A stretch of 64,000 nt of DNA, from contig CAVZLN010000006.1 in assembly GCA_963776245.1 (NCBI GenBank), forward strand, positions 576,001-640,000, in the 5' to 3' direction. The translations under genes were made by a program, and so were the position numbers. This DNA comes from Candidatus Eiseniibacteriota bacterium (GTDB taxonomy: Bacteria; Eisenbacteria; RBG-16-71-46). Numbering within the stretch: the stretch's first letter is position 1; each line of letters begins with the position of its first letter. The notes under the pieces are model-generated. The model was given only the letters and a program-made list of their open reading frames with translations. It made no database searches and was not told where the DNA came from. Positions 9,664-18,260 of this stretch are shown here, piece by piece.

Positions 9664-11400
9664 ATGTTCGCCAGACGATCCGCTGAGATCGGCGCGGGGT
9701 TGCTCTCCGTCATGTTCCTGCTGCCGCGCCCCGCGGCCGCGGACTGGCCGGCCGATCCACTCGTGAACGTGCCGCTGTGCACCGCTGCCGGGGACCAGGG
9801 CGTACCGGCGGCCGTTCCGGACGGCGCGGGCGGGGCCATCGTCGCGTGGCCGGATGCCCGCGGCGGCGCGGCCAACGCGGACATCCATGTCCAGCGTGTG
9901 GATGCCGCTGGCGCGCCGCGATGGATAGCCGACGGCGTGGCCCTGTGCACCGCGCCGGGGATCCAGGGTCCCCTCGCGATGGTCTCGGATGGCGCGGGTG
10001 GCGCGATCGTCGCATGGCAGGACGCCCGTGGCGGCACGGGCACCGACATCTACGCCCAGCGCGTGGATGCCACCGGCGCGCCGCGATGGACCACCGACGG
10101 CGTGGCCCTGTGCACCGCGGTGGGGATCCAGGGCCCCCTCGCCATCGTCGCGGACGGCGCGGGCGGTGCCATCGTCGCGTGGGCGGACGCGCGCGGCGGC
10201 GCGGGATTCGACGTCTACGCCCAGGCGGTGACCGCGGCCGGGGCCCCGCGCTGGGCCCCGAACGGGGTGGCCCTTTGCACCGCGGCGGGGGACCAGAACG
10301 CGCCGGTGATCGTGGCGGATGGAGCGGATCCCGGCGGGACAGGATCCGGCGCGATCGTCAGCTGGCAGGACAATCGCAATTTCACCACCGGCTACGACAT
10401 CTACGCGCGGCGCGTGGACGCGGCCGGGGTCGCGCAGTGGAGCGCGGACGGCGTGGTCGTGTGCGCGGCGGCCGGCAAACAGGACTCCCCCGCGATCGTC
10501 CCGGATGGCGCCGGCGGCGCGGACATCGCCTGGACCGATCAGCGCAGCACGAGCGCCGACATCTACGCTCAGCGCGTGGACGCGTCCGGCGGGCCGCAGT
10601 GGGCCGCCGACGGCGTGGCCCTGTGCGCCGCGGCGGGCAGCCAGGGGTTCGTCGCGCTCGTCTCGGACAGCGCCGGCGGCGCCATCGCCGTGTGGCAGGA
10701 CGGGCGCAGCGGGTACGACGTGTACGCCCAGCGGGTGAGCGCGGCCGGGGCGGTGCTATGGGCCGCGGGTGGAGTGGCCGTGTGCGTCGCCACCGGCTGG
10801 CAGTACTCCCCCGCGATCGTCGCCGACGGCGCGGGCGGCGCCATCGTCGCCTGGGAGGACGGCCGAGTCACGTTCTTCGACATCTACGCGCAGCGGCTGG
10901 GCGCCGATGGAGCGCCCCAGTGGGCCTCGGACGGCGTCGCCCTGTGCACCAGCGCCGGAAGCCAGGTGTCCCCCGCGATCGTCGCCGACGGCGGCTCACC
11001 CACCGCGGGTGGGTTCGGCGCCATCGTCCTGTGGCAGGACAATCGCAACGGCTCGTACGACGTGTACGCCCAGCGAGTGCGGGCGAACGGCCTGCCGGGC
11101 GGTCTGGTGGAAGTCCCGCGCGCGGACGTGGTCGCGTTCTCGCTCGCTCCGGTGCGCCCGAACCCCGCTCGCGGAGGCGCGCTGACCGTGGACTTCTCGC
11201 TCGCGAGCCCGGCGGCCGCCTCGCTCGAGCTGCTCGACGTCGCGGGGCGGCGCGTCGCGGTGCGCGACGTGGGCGCGCTCGGCGCCGGCCGTCATGCGGT
11301 CCGCCTCGGGGAGGACCGCCATCTTCCGCCGGGGATCTACCTGGTGTGCCTGCGACAGGGCACGGGCGTGCGAGTGACGCGCGCGATCGTGCTCCCCTAG
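9664..11400 (+). CDS. Secreted protein with eight ~60-aa repeats (probable beta-propeller) and C-terminal sorting-type domain
   Basis: Eight copies of DGAGGAIVAWxDxR...DIYAQRVDAxG..W..DGVALC; signal peptide; C-terminal RPNP...DVAGRRV...PGIYLV. Confidence 0.85.
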   Translation: MFARRSAEIGAGLLSVMFLLPRPAAADWPADPLVNVPLCTAAGDQGVPAAVPDGAGGAIVAWPDARGGAANADIHVQRVDAAGAPRWIADGVALCTAPGIQGPLAMVSDGAGGAIVAWQDARGGTGTDIYAQRVDATGAPRWTTDGVALCTAVGIQGPLAIVADGAGGAIVAWADARGGAGFDVYAQAVTAAGAPRWAPNGVALCTAAGDQNAPVIVADGADPGGTGSGAIVSWQDNRNFTTGYDIYARRVDAAGVAQWSADGVVVCAAAGKQDSPAIVPDGAGGADIAWTDQRSTSADIYAQRVDASGGPQWAADGVALCAAAGSQGFVALVSDSAGGAIAVWQDGRSGYDVYAQRVSAAGAVLWAAGGVAVCVATGWQYSPAIVADGAGGAIVAWEDGRVTFFDIYAQRLGADGAPQWASDGVALCTSAGSQVSPAIVADGGSPTAGGFGAIVLWQDNRNGSYDVYAQRVRANGLPGGLVEVPRADVVAFSLAPVRPNPARGGALTVDFSLASPAAASLELLDVAGRRVAVRDVGALGAGRHAVRLGEDRHLPPGIYLVCLRQGTGVRVTRAIVLP

Positions 11401-11540
11401 CTCCGCGGCCCCGGCTCCCGGCCGGGGAGGGGCGCGGGATTCCTCGTGACCCGATCGGCCGAAGCCAGTTAGGATGCGCCCTCGGTGATCGGCTCGCCGA
11501 TCCCTCGAGACACCGGCCCAACCCCTGCTGGGAGGATAAC

Positions 11541-12137
11541 GTGGCGAATTCCTACATCGCCCTGCGCGATCGCCGGCTGTCGGGCGGAGTACCCGCCCGG
11601 CCGCGCCTGTCCATCATCAACAGCGACGCCTTGATACCTCTTCAGACCCTGTTCAAGCAGATCAACGCGGTGGCCAGGGCGACCCGGACGGTCCACAGCA
11701 TGTTCATCCTCTGCCATGGATACGCGGGCTCGGACCGGCGGGCGCAGGTGAGCGTGGATGCGGGCGGCATGGGGCTCCAGCTCGGGCGCGAGAACCTGAT
11801 GCACAGCAACGTCGCTCTGTGGACCGCGATCAGGAACAAGGTGCAGAACATCGTGGTCTACTCGTGCGCGGCGTCGGACACCCAGCCCGGCAACGAGGGC
11901 ACGACGGCGGACGGGCGGTACCTGATGGGCGCCCTGGCGATCCACACCAACGCCCACGTGTACGCGGCGGACCGGATCCAGTGGTACTTCAAGCTCAACG
12001 GGCTGGCCAACGGCCGCTACGACTTCGGCGCCTGGGAAGGGCAGCTCTGGCGCTTCCCTCCGGGCGGCAGTCCTCCCACGAGAGTGGCGGCGCCACCGGT
12101 CGAGTTCGCGGACGTGATGGGCGGCAGCGCCCCCTGA
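11541..12137 (+). CDS. DUF4347-like protein (caspase/hemoglobinase-fold His-Cys dyad candidate)
   Basis: GGAGG RBS then GTG; motifs MFILCHG, GLQLG, IVVYSCAA, G.YLMGALA.HTNA.VYAA. Corresponds to the tail of ORF 9777..12137. Confidence 0.65.
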   Translation: MANSYIALRDRRLSGGVPARPRLSIINSDALIPLQTLFKQINAVARATRTVHSMFILCHGYAGSDRRAQVSVDAGGMGLQLGRENLMHSNVALWTAIRNKVQNIVVYSCAASDTQPGNEGTTADGRYLMGALAIHTNAHVYAADRIQWYFKLNGLANGRYDFGAWEGQLWRFPPGGSPPTRVAAPPVEFADVMGGSAP

Positions 12138-12162
12138 GCGGCGGGCGCTCCGCCCGGGGCGC

Positions 12163-13908
12163 TCACGGCACGGTCGCCGCTGAGTCCCTGACGCCGTCCG
12201 TGCGCCCGGCCGGGGGCTCGGCGAGCAGTTCCTCGATGCGTCGCGCGGCCCGCTCCAGCCCGGGCTCGAGCGCCCCGCCCGCCCGCGCCTGCTGAAGGGC
12301 GCGCCGCGCCGCGGCGGGATCCCCGCTCGCGGCCCACGCCTCGGCCGCGAGCAGCGCGCGCCGCGGGTTCCGGTTGAGTTCGAACGCACGGTCGAAGTAC
12401 TCGGCGCCGGCGCGCGTCTGGCCGTGATCCATCGCCCGCTGTCCGAGGAACAGGAACGCATGGCTCACCTGGGAGCCCGGCATGTGCGGGGGCTGGCTCG
12501 CGACCGCGATCGCGCGGCGCGCCGCCGCCGGCTCGCTGGCCTGGACCGCGACGAATCCCAGCGACACCAGCGCGAGCACGGGCAGGGTCCAGGCGATGCG
12601 CGCGGTCAGCGCGGCGGCGGGCAGCGTCGCCGCCAGTGCGCCGGCCGTCACCGTGAGCGTGATGGCGAGGATCACGTTCGAGTCCCAGTCGCGCTGCGCG
12701 CCGAGGCCGCTGCCTCCGACCGGAAAGACCCAGACGAGCGCCAGCAGCAGCGGGATCGCGGCGGACATCCCGAGTCCGAAGACCGGCCGGCGGAAGATCG
12801 CCGATCGCGCCGGCGCGCCGGCGAAGAACGGGAGGATCACCGCCCATGGCGCGAGCAGCACCAGCGTGTTGATCCAGTCCGTGGGCGCCACGTAGCGGAA
12901 TCCCTGGCTGCGCAGGGTGTACGCCATCTCGCGCAGATCGGTCAGGCTCCGCTGTCCGGCGGGCGTCAGGCCGAGCATCGCGGCCCCCAGCGCCGCCAGC
13001 GCGAGCGTGATGCCGAGCAGCAGGCGCCGCGCTCCGGGACGATCGCCCTCCCAGGCCGGGCCGAGCGCGCGCCACAGCATGGGCAGCACCAGCACTGCTC
13101 CCATGCGATGACTGAGGACCACCACCAGCCACGCCGCCGCGAGCCGCAGCGCCTGCCGGGTGCCCGAGAGCGGCGCGAGGGCCTCGGCCCACCACCAAGC
13201 GGTGGCGGCCGCCAGCAGCCCGGCCGACTCGGCGTACCCCGCGAAGGCCTCGAGCACGCCGGTGAGCCCCAGGGCGAGCGCGATCGGCAGGCGCGATCCG
13301 GGGGTCACGCCCAGTCGCGCCGTGATCCGCCACAGTCCCGCGAAGTAGAGCAGCGCGAGCGCGGCGCACACCGCCGAGACCGCGTCGCGAAGTGTGCAGC
13401 CCGCGCGCTGCAGGGCGGCCGGCGCCATCAAGTTGACCACGATGTCGAGGGGGTTCGCGTGGAGGCGGTTCGCCCATTCGCCGAAGGGCGTCTCGACCAT
13501 CCCGGCCTCGAAGGCCGACATGGCGCGCAGCCGCAGTTGCGTGTCCCCGAGGAAGTGGATGCTCTCGCGCAGCGGAAAGGCCACGATCACCGCGACCGCC
13601 AGCGCCGCGAGCATCGCCCACCCGCGGCCGCCGCGCGACGCGAACGCGGCCAGCGCGGTGGCCGCCGCCGCTACCGCCAGCACCAGCGCCCCTGGCCAGG
13701 GCAGCGAGCGCAGGCCATTCACTCCCCAGAAGTAGTTGGAAGCCGGAGGAGCCGCGACCAGCAGCAGGAGCATCACGGCGAGCGCGGCGGCAAGCGCGGG
13801 CGGAGGCGCGCCCGGGGTGGCCGGCGCGCGCCGGGCCCGGCCGCTCGCGGCGCTATCGGGCGAGGCCATCCGCGCCCGGCCCGGGCGCGGCGAACGTGGC
13901 TTGCTCAA
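12163..13908 (-). CDS. Polytopic membrane protein (GT-C-like) with C-terminal TPR
   Basis: TTG start after GAGGAGG; about 11-12 TM segments, HFLGD and FAGYAES loops, C-terminal AEYFDRAFELN helical repeats; last gene of the glycosyltransferase operon. Confidence 0.65.
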   Translation of the reverse strand: MSKPRSPRPGRARMASPDSAASGRARRAPATPGAPPPALAAALAVMLLLLVAAPPASNYFWGVNGLRSLPWPGALVLAVAAAATALAAFASRGGRGWAMLAALAVAVIVAFPLRESIHFLGDTQLRLRAMSAFEAGMVETPFGEWANRLHANPLDIVVNLMAPAALQRAGCTLRDAVSAVCAALALLYFAGLWRITARLGVTPGSRLPIALALGLTGVLEAFAGYAESAGLLAAATAWWWAEALAPLSGTRQALRLAAAWLVVVLSHRMGAVLVLPMLWRALGPAWEGDRPGARRLLLGITLALAALGAAMLGLTPAGQRSLTDLREMAYTLRSQGFRYVAPTDWINTLVLLAPWAVILPFFAGAPARSAIFRRPVFGLGMSAAIPLLLALVWVFPVGGSGLGAQRDWDSNVILAITLTVTAGALAATLPAAALTARIAWTLPVLALVSLGFVAVQASEPAAARRAIAVASQPPHMPGSQVSHAFLFLGQRAMDHGQTRAGAEYFDRAFELNRNPRRALLAAEAWAASGDPAAARRALQQARAGGALEPGLERAARRIEELLAEPPAGRTDGVRDSAATVP

Positions 13909-13970
13909 TGGACCTCCTCACCGCTCTCGGAAGGACTTGGAACCGATACGAGCGTGCGCCTCGCGCGTCC

Positions 13971-14879
13971 TCATCCCCGCCGCGGTTCCCCACCCATCAT
14001 CAGGCGGATCAGTTCGCCCGCCACGACGTACTTGACCCCGATCGCCACCCGCACCACCGCTACCCTGTCCCGCCCGCGCTTCAGCCGTGCGTCCGCGAGG
14101 ATCCGCCCGTAGAACCCGACCGCGGGCGTCAGTGCCCTCGCCAGATCGATCGCCCGGCGCATCGCGCTCGCGCCGCCCAGCGACTTGAGACGGTAGGTCC
14201 CTCCCGCCAGCCGGACCGCCTGACGGTAGGTGTCCTCCAGCGCGTGCCGGGCCGGGTGCGCGACGCGCGCGTCGTCCGCGTAGAGCTGCGCCAGGCCGCG
14301 CTCGGACACGCGCCGGCCCCACTCGAGGTCACCGCCGGACATCAACCGGCCGTCGAACGGGCCGATCGCTTCGAACACCCGCTTGAACGCGAAGAGATTG
14401 GCGGTGGCCCCGAACCGCCGCTCCGCGACGTTGCGGTCCTGGTGGAAGTTCATCACGACGAGGTCGTAGAGCTCCGAGGCCGTGGGGCGGAGCGGATCGC
14501 GGAACACCAGCTCGACGCGCCCGGCCACCAACCCGCACCCCGGCTGTCGGAGGAGGTGCTCGACCCCCTTCTCGATCCAATCCCGCGCCGGGACGCAGTC
14601 CGAATCGGTGAAGGCGAGCACCTCCCCGCGGGCGGCGGCGATCCCGAGGTTGCGCGCGGCGTATGAGCCGGGCTGGCGCTCGTGCAGCAGGCGGGCCCGC
14701 GGTGAGGCGGCGACCGCGGGCCGGAGGTCCTCGCGCGAACCATTGTCCACGACGATGACTTCATGCAGGTCGGTGGGATAGGTCTGCTCCGCGAGTCCCG
14801 CGAGACATCGCTCGAGCCCGTCGAGGTTATCGAGCACCGGGATGATGACCGAGACGAATGGCCTCGCGGAGCCGCTCAC
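13971..14879 (-). CDS. GT2 family glycosyltransferase
   Basis: VSVIIPV, IVVDNGS, GSYAARNLG, AFTDSDC, GGDLEW. Confidence 0.95.
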   Translation of the reverse strand: MSGSARPFVSVIIPVLDNLDGLERCLAGLAEQTYPTDLHEVIVVDNGSREDLRPAVAASPRARLLHERQPGSYAARNLGIAAARGEVLAFTDSDCVPARDWIEKGVEHLLRQPGCGLVAGRVELVFRDPLRPTASELYDLVVMNFHQDRNVAERRFGATANLFAFKRVFEAIGPFDGRLMSGGDLEWGRRVSERGLAQLYADDARVAHPARHALEDTYRQAVRLAGGTYRLKSLGGASAMRRAIDLARALTPAVGFYGRILADARLKRGRDRVAVVRVAIGVKYVVAGELIRLMMGGEPRRG

Positions 14880-14936
14880 CGCTCGCCTCCTGCGCGGGCG
14901 ATGGTCACCACCGCGGCCATGGGGACGCCACCCGGC

Positions 14937-16178
14937 TCACGCGGGGCGATCATTCAGGAGATCCTCGAAGAGGGTGACCAGCCGGTCGTTCAGCACTCCG
15001 ATGTCGAAGTGCTCGACCACCTGTCGCCGCCCGGCGCGCCCCATGGCCTGCCAGCCATCGGGATGGTCGATGAGTTGTTCCAGCGCCCGGGCCAGCGCGT
15101 CCACGTCGCGTTCAGGCACCAGACGGCCCGAGACCCCGTCGACCACCAGTTCGGGGATGCCGCTGTGGAACGTGCTCACCACCGGCAGTCCGGTCGCCAT
15201 GGCTTCCATCAGGGAGACCGGGATGCCCTCCTGATCGCCGTCCGCGCTGGTGACGCTCGGCGCCACGACGAGATGCGAGCGACCGAGCGCCGCGCGCACG
15301 CCATCCTGATCCTGCGGCCCGAGCAGGCGGACCCGTTCGGACAGCCGCAGGCGCTGGATGAGCTCGGCGAGATTCCCGCGCAGGGGCCCGTCTCCGATGA
15401 TGTCGTAGTGGACGTCGCGCCCGCGCTCGACCAGCCTCGCCACCGCGCGGATTCCGAACTCCACGCCCTTCTTCTCCACCAGCCGGCTGATGGTGAGCAG
15501 CCGCACCGGGCACCCGGGCTCCAGGCGCCGTTCGACCAGCGCGAGACGCTCGGAATCGATCCCCATGCGGTGCACGAGGGTGCGCCGCTCGGGACAGCCG
15601 AGTGCCAGCAGCCGGTTCCGCCAGTGCGCGCTGATGGGGAGGAACAGGTCCCCCTTCTCGAACAGGTCGCGGTACACGTCCTCGCCCGAGATCTTGAGCT
15701 GCCACGAGAGGTCGGCGCCGTGGAACACGGTCACCAGCCGGCCGCGGAGGGCCCCGATCTCCCGGAGCGCCGAGGCATGACGCCCGTTCCAGCCGAAGTG
15801 ACAGTAGATGATGTCGTAGGTGCCCCGCGGAGCGAATCCCGACGCCCAGAACAGCAGGTTGAGCGAGGAGGCGGCGCGGCCATAGCGGCCCCAGTCGAGC
15901 GACCGCATCAGCATGGGAAGCGCGCCCGGGTGCCGGGCCAGCAGGCCCACTCCCTTCGCGGCACGCAGCGCGTGATTCCGCGGCAGGGCCGGGAAGTAGC
16001 GCGTCCGGTCCATCAGGTGGTGACGGTCGACGTCGGGATGTACGAGGGATGGCCCGCTCGGCCGCCTGGCGTGGATGTGCACCTCGTGTCCGCGATCGAG
16101 CAGACCCGTGATCTGATTCAGGATGAACGTCTCCGAGAGGATCGGGAAGGGATCCGTCAGGAAGAAGGCGATCCTCAT
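14937..16178 (-). CDS. wcaL: GT4 glycosyltransferase, WcaL-like
   Basis: FPILSETFILNQITG, HFG, FHGADLS, SRLVEKKG, DGDQEGIPVSLMEAMA, HSGIPELV. Confidence 0.85.
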   Translation of the reverse strand: MRIAFFLTDPFPILSETFILNQITGLLDRGHEVHIHARRPSGPSLVHPDVDRHHLMDRTRYFPALPRNHALRAAKGVGLLARHPGALPMLMRSLDWGRYGRAASSLNLLFWASGFAPRGTYDIIYCHFGWNGRHASALREIGALRGRLVTVFHGADLSWQLKISGEDVYRDLFEKGDLFLPISAHWRNRLLALGCPERRTLVHRMGIDSERLALVERRLEPGCPVRLLTISRLVEKKGVEFGIRAVARLVERGRDVHYDIIGDGPLRGNLAELIQRLRLSERVRLLGPQDQDGVRAALGRSHLVVAPSVTSADGDQEGIPVSLMEAMATGLPVVSTFHSGIPELVVDGVSGRLVPERDVDALARALEQLIDHPDGWQAMGRAGRRQVVEHFDIGVLNDRLVTLFEDLLNDRPA

Positions 16179-16356
16179 CGCGAGGTTCTGGCGCTCATGG
16201 ACGGATCCCTTCGGGTGCGCGGGGACGGGCGGGTGATCGCGTCGTCCAGACTACCAAATCACTCGCGGCGCCGCCCCACCTCCCGGGCGGGTGGATGCTA
16301 GACTGGGCGCCTCGTTCCCACCCCCATCCCCGACCCCGCGCGAGACCTTCGGATCC

Positions 16357-18159
16357 ATGGCGCTGATCAGCCTGAACGACGTGAGCCTCACCTTCGCCGG
16401 GCCCATGCTGCTGGACTCGGTGAGTCTCCAGATCGACCCCGGGGAGCGACTCGGACTGCTGGGCCGCAATGGCGCCGGCAAGTCCACGCTCCTGCGGATC
16501 CTCGACGGCTCGCTCGTCCCCGATTCGGGCACCGTGGCCCGCCAGCCGGGACTGCGCGTCGCGAGCCTGCGGCAGGACGTGCCACTCGATCTCGCGGGCA
16601 CCGTGCGCGCGTACCTGCACGAGGCCTGCGGCGCGACGCGGAGCGACCGGGCGTGGGAGATCGAGGCACGGATCGATCAGGCGGTGCACCACTTGAGACT
16701 GGATCTGGACGCTTCGCTCGAGGCGCTCTCGGCCGGATCCAAGCGACGAGTCCTGCTGGCGGCGGCGCTGGTGCGCGACTCGGATCTGCTGATCCTGGAC
16801 GAGCCCACCAACCATCTGGACCTCGACGCGATCCGCCACCTCGAGGAGACGCTTGAGCGCCGCCGCGGCACGCTGGTGTTCGTCACCCACGACCGGAGCT
16901 TCCTGCGCGGTCTGGCCACCCGCATCCTCGACCTCGACCGCGGCGTCATTCGCAGCTACCGCGCCGGGTACGACGTCTACCTCGAGCGGCGGGAGGATGA
17001 ACTGCGCGTCGAGGCCGAGCAGGACGCGCTGTTCGACAAGAAGCTGGCGCAGGAGGAGGCCTGGGTGCGCCGCGGGATCAAGGCGCGACGCACGCGCAAC
17101 GAGGGCCGGGTGCGCGCGCTCGAGTCCCTGCGGCTCGAACGCGGGGCGCGCCGCGACGAGGTGGCGCGGGTGAGCGCCCAGCTCCAGGAGGCGGAGCGCT
17201 CCGGACGCATCGTGCTGCGCTGCCAGGACGTGGGATTCGGGTACGACGACGTGCCGATCGTGCGCGGGTTCACCGCCCGGATCGCCCGCGGCGACCGCAT
17301 CGGCATCCTCGGGCCCAACGGCTGCGGCAAGACCACGTTGATCGGCCTGCTGCTGGGCGAGATCGCGCCGCAGGAAGGCACCGTGACCGCCGGCACCAAG
17401 CTCGAGGTGGCGCACTTCGAGCAGCTCCACGATGCGCTCGACGAGAGCCGCACGGTGATGCAGAACATCGGCGAGGGGCGCGAGACCGTGCCGTTCGGAG
17501 AAGGCGAGCGCCACGTGGTGGGCTACCTGCGCGACTTCCTGTTCACGCCCGAGCAGATGCAGGGCCCGGTCACCAAGCTCTCGGGCGGCGAGCGGCGGCG
17601 GCTCCAGCTGGCCAAGGTGCTCTCGCGCCCGTGCAACGTGCTGGTGCTCGACGAGCCCACCAACGACCTCGACCTCGAGACCCTCGAACTGCTCGAGGAG
17701 CTGCTGCTGGAGTTCCGGGGCACGTTGCTGGTGGTCTCGCACGATCGCACCTTCCTCGACAACGTGGTCACCTCGACCATCGTGTGGGAGGGCGAGGGCC
17801 GGTGGCGCGAGTACGTCGGCGGTTACGAGGACTGGCTGCGGCAGAAGGAGGCCGCGGACAGCGCGGCGCCCACCTCGGCGAAGCCGGCCCGACCGAAGCC
17901 CGAGCGTGCGACCGAGCGCCCGCGGCGCCTGGGGTTCAAGGAGAAGCGCGAACTGGCCGAACTGCCCGCGGCCATCGAGCGCCTCGAGGCCGAGAAGGAG
18001 GCGCTCTTCGCCCGCATGGCCGTGCCGGACTTCCACACCACCCCGGCGAGCGAGATCGCGGACATGCGCGCGCGGCTCGCCGCGGTGGACGCCGAGACCC
18101 ACATCGCCTACGTGCGCTGGATGGAACTGGAAACGCTCGCCGCGGGCGAGGGCGGGTGA
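16357..18159 (+). CDS. uup: ABC-F ATPase Uup
   Basis: Two NBDs (GRNGAGKST/DEPTNHLD and GPNGCGKTT/LSGGE/DEPTNDLD), linker EEAWVRRGIKARRTRNEGRVRAL, C-terminal coiled coil ending RWMELE. Confidence 0.93.
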   Translation: MALISLNDVSLTFAGPMLLDSVSLQIDPGERLGLLGRNGAGKSTLLRILDGSLVPDSGTVARQPGLRVASLRQDVPLDLAGTVRAYLHEACGATRSDRAWEIEARIDQAVHHLRLDLDASLEALSAGSKRRVLLAAALVRDSDLLILDEPTNHLDLDAIRHLEETLERRRGTLVFVTHDRSFLRGLATRILDLDRGVIRSYRAGYDVYLERREDELRVEAEQDALFDKKLAQEEAWVRRGIKARRTRNEGRVRALESLRLERGARRDEVARVSAQLQEAERSGRIVLRCQDVGFGYDDVPIVRGFTARIARGDRIGILGPNGCGKTTLIGLLLGEIAPQEGTVTAGTKLEVAHFEQLHDALDESRTVMQNIGEGRETVPFGEGERHVVGYLRDFLFTPEQMQGPVTKLSGGERRRLQLAKVLSRPCNVLVLDEPTNDLDLETLELLEELLLEFRGTLLVVSHDRTFLDNVVTSTIVWEGEGRWREYVGGYEDWLRQKEAADSAAPTSAKPARPKPERATERPRRLGFKEKRELAELPAAIERLEAEKEALFARMAVPDFHTTPASEIADMRARLAAVDAETHIAYVRWMELETLAAGEGG

Positions 18160-18260
18160 AGCGGTGCCGCCCCTCGCGATATCGCGCGCTCGCTTCACCG
18201 GGCGGCGTGCTGCATCCTGTCTTCTCGACCCTCGACCCACTCTCGTCCCGGAGTAGCCTG

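Noticed and set aside
9760..11090. ~180-bp DNA repeats
   Set aside because: Coding repeats of the propeller protein, not a mobile or CRISPR element.
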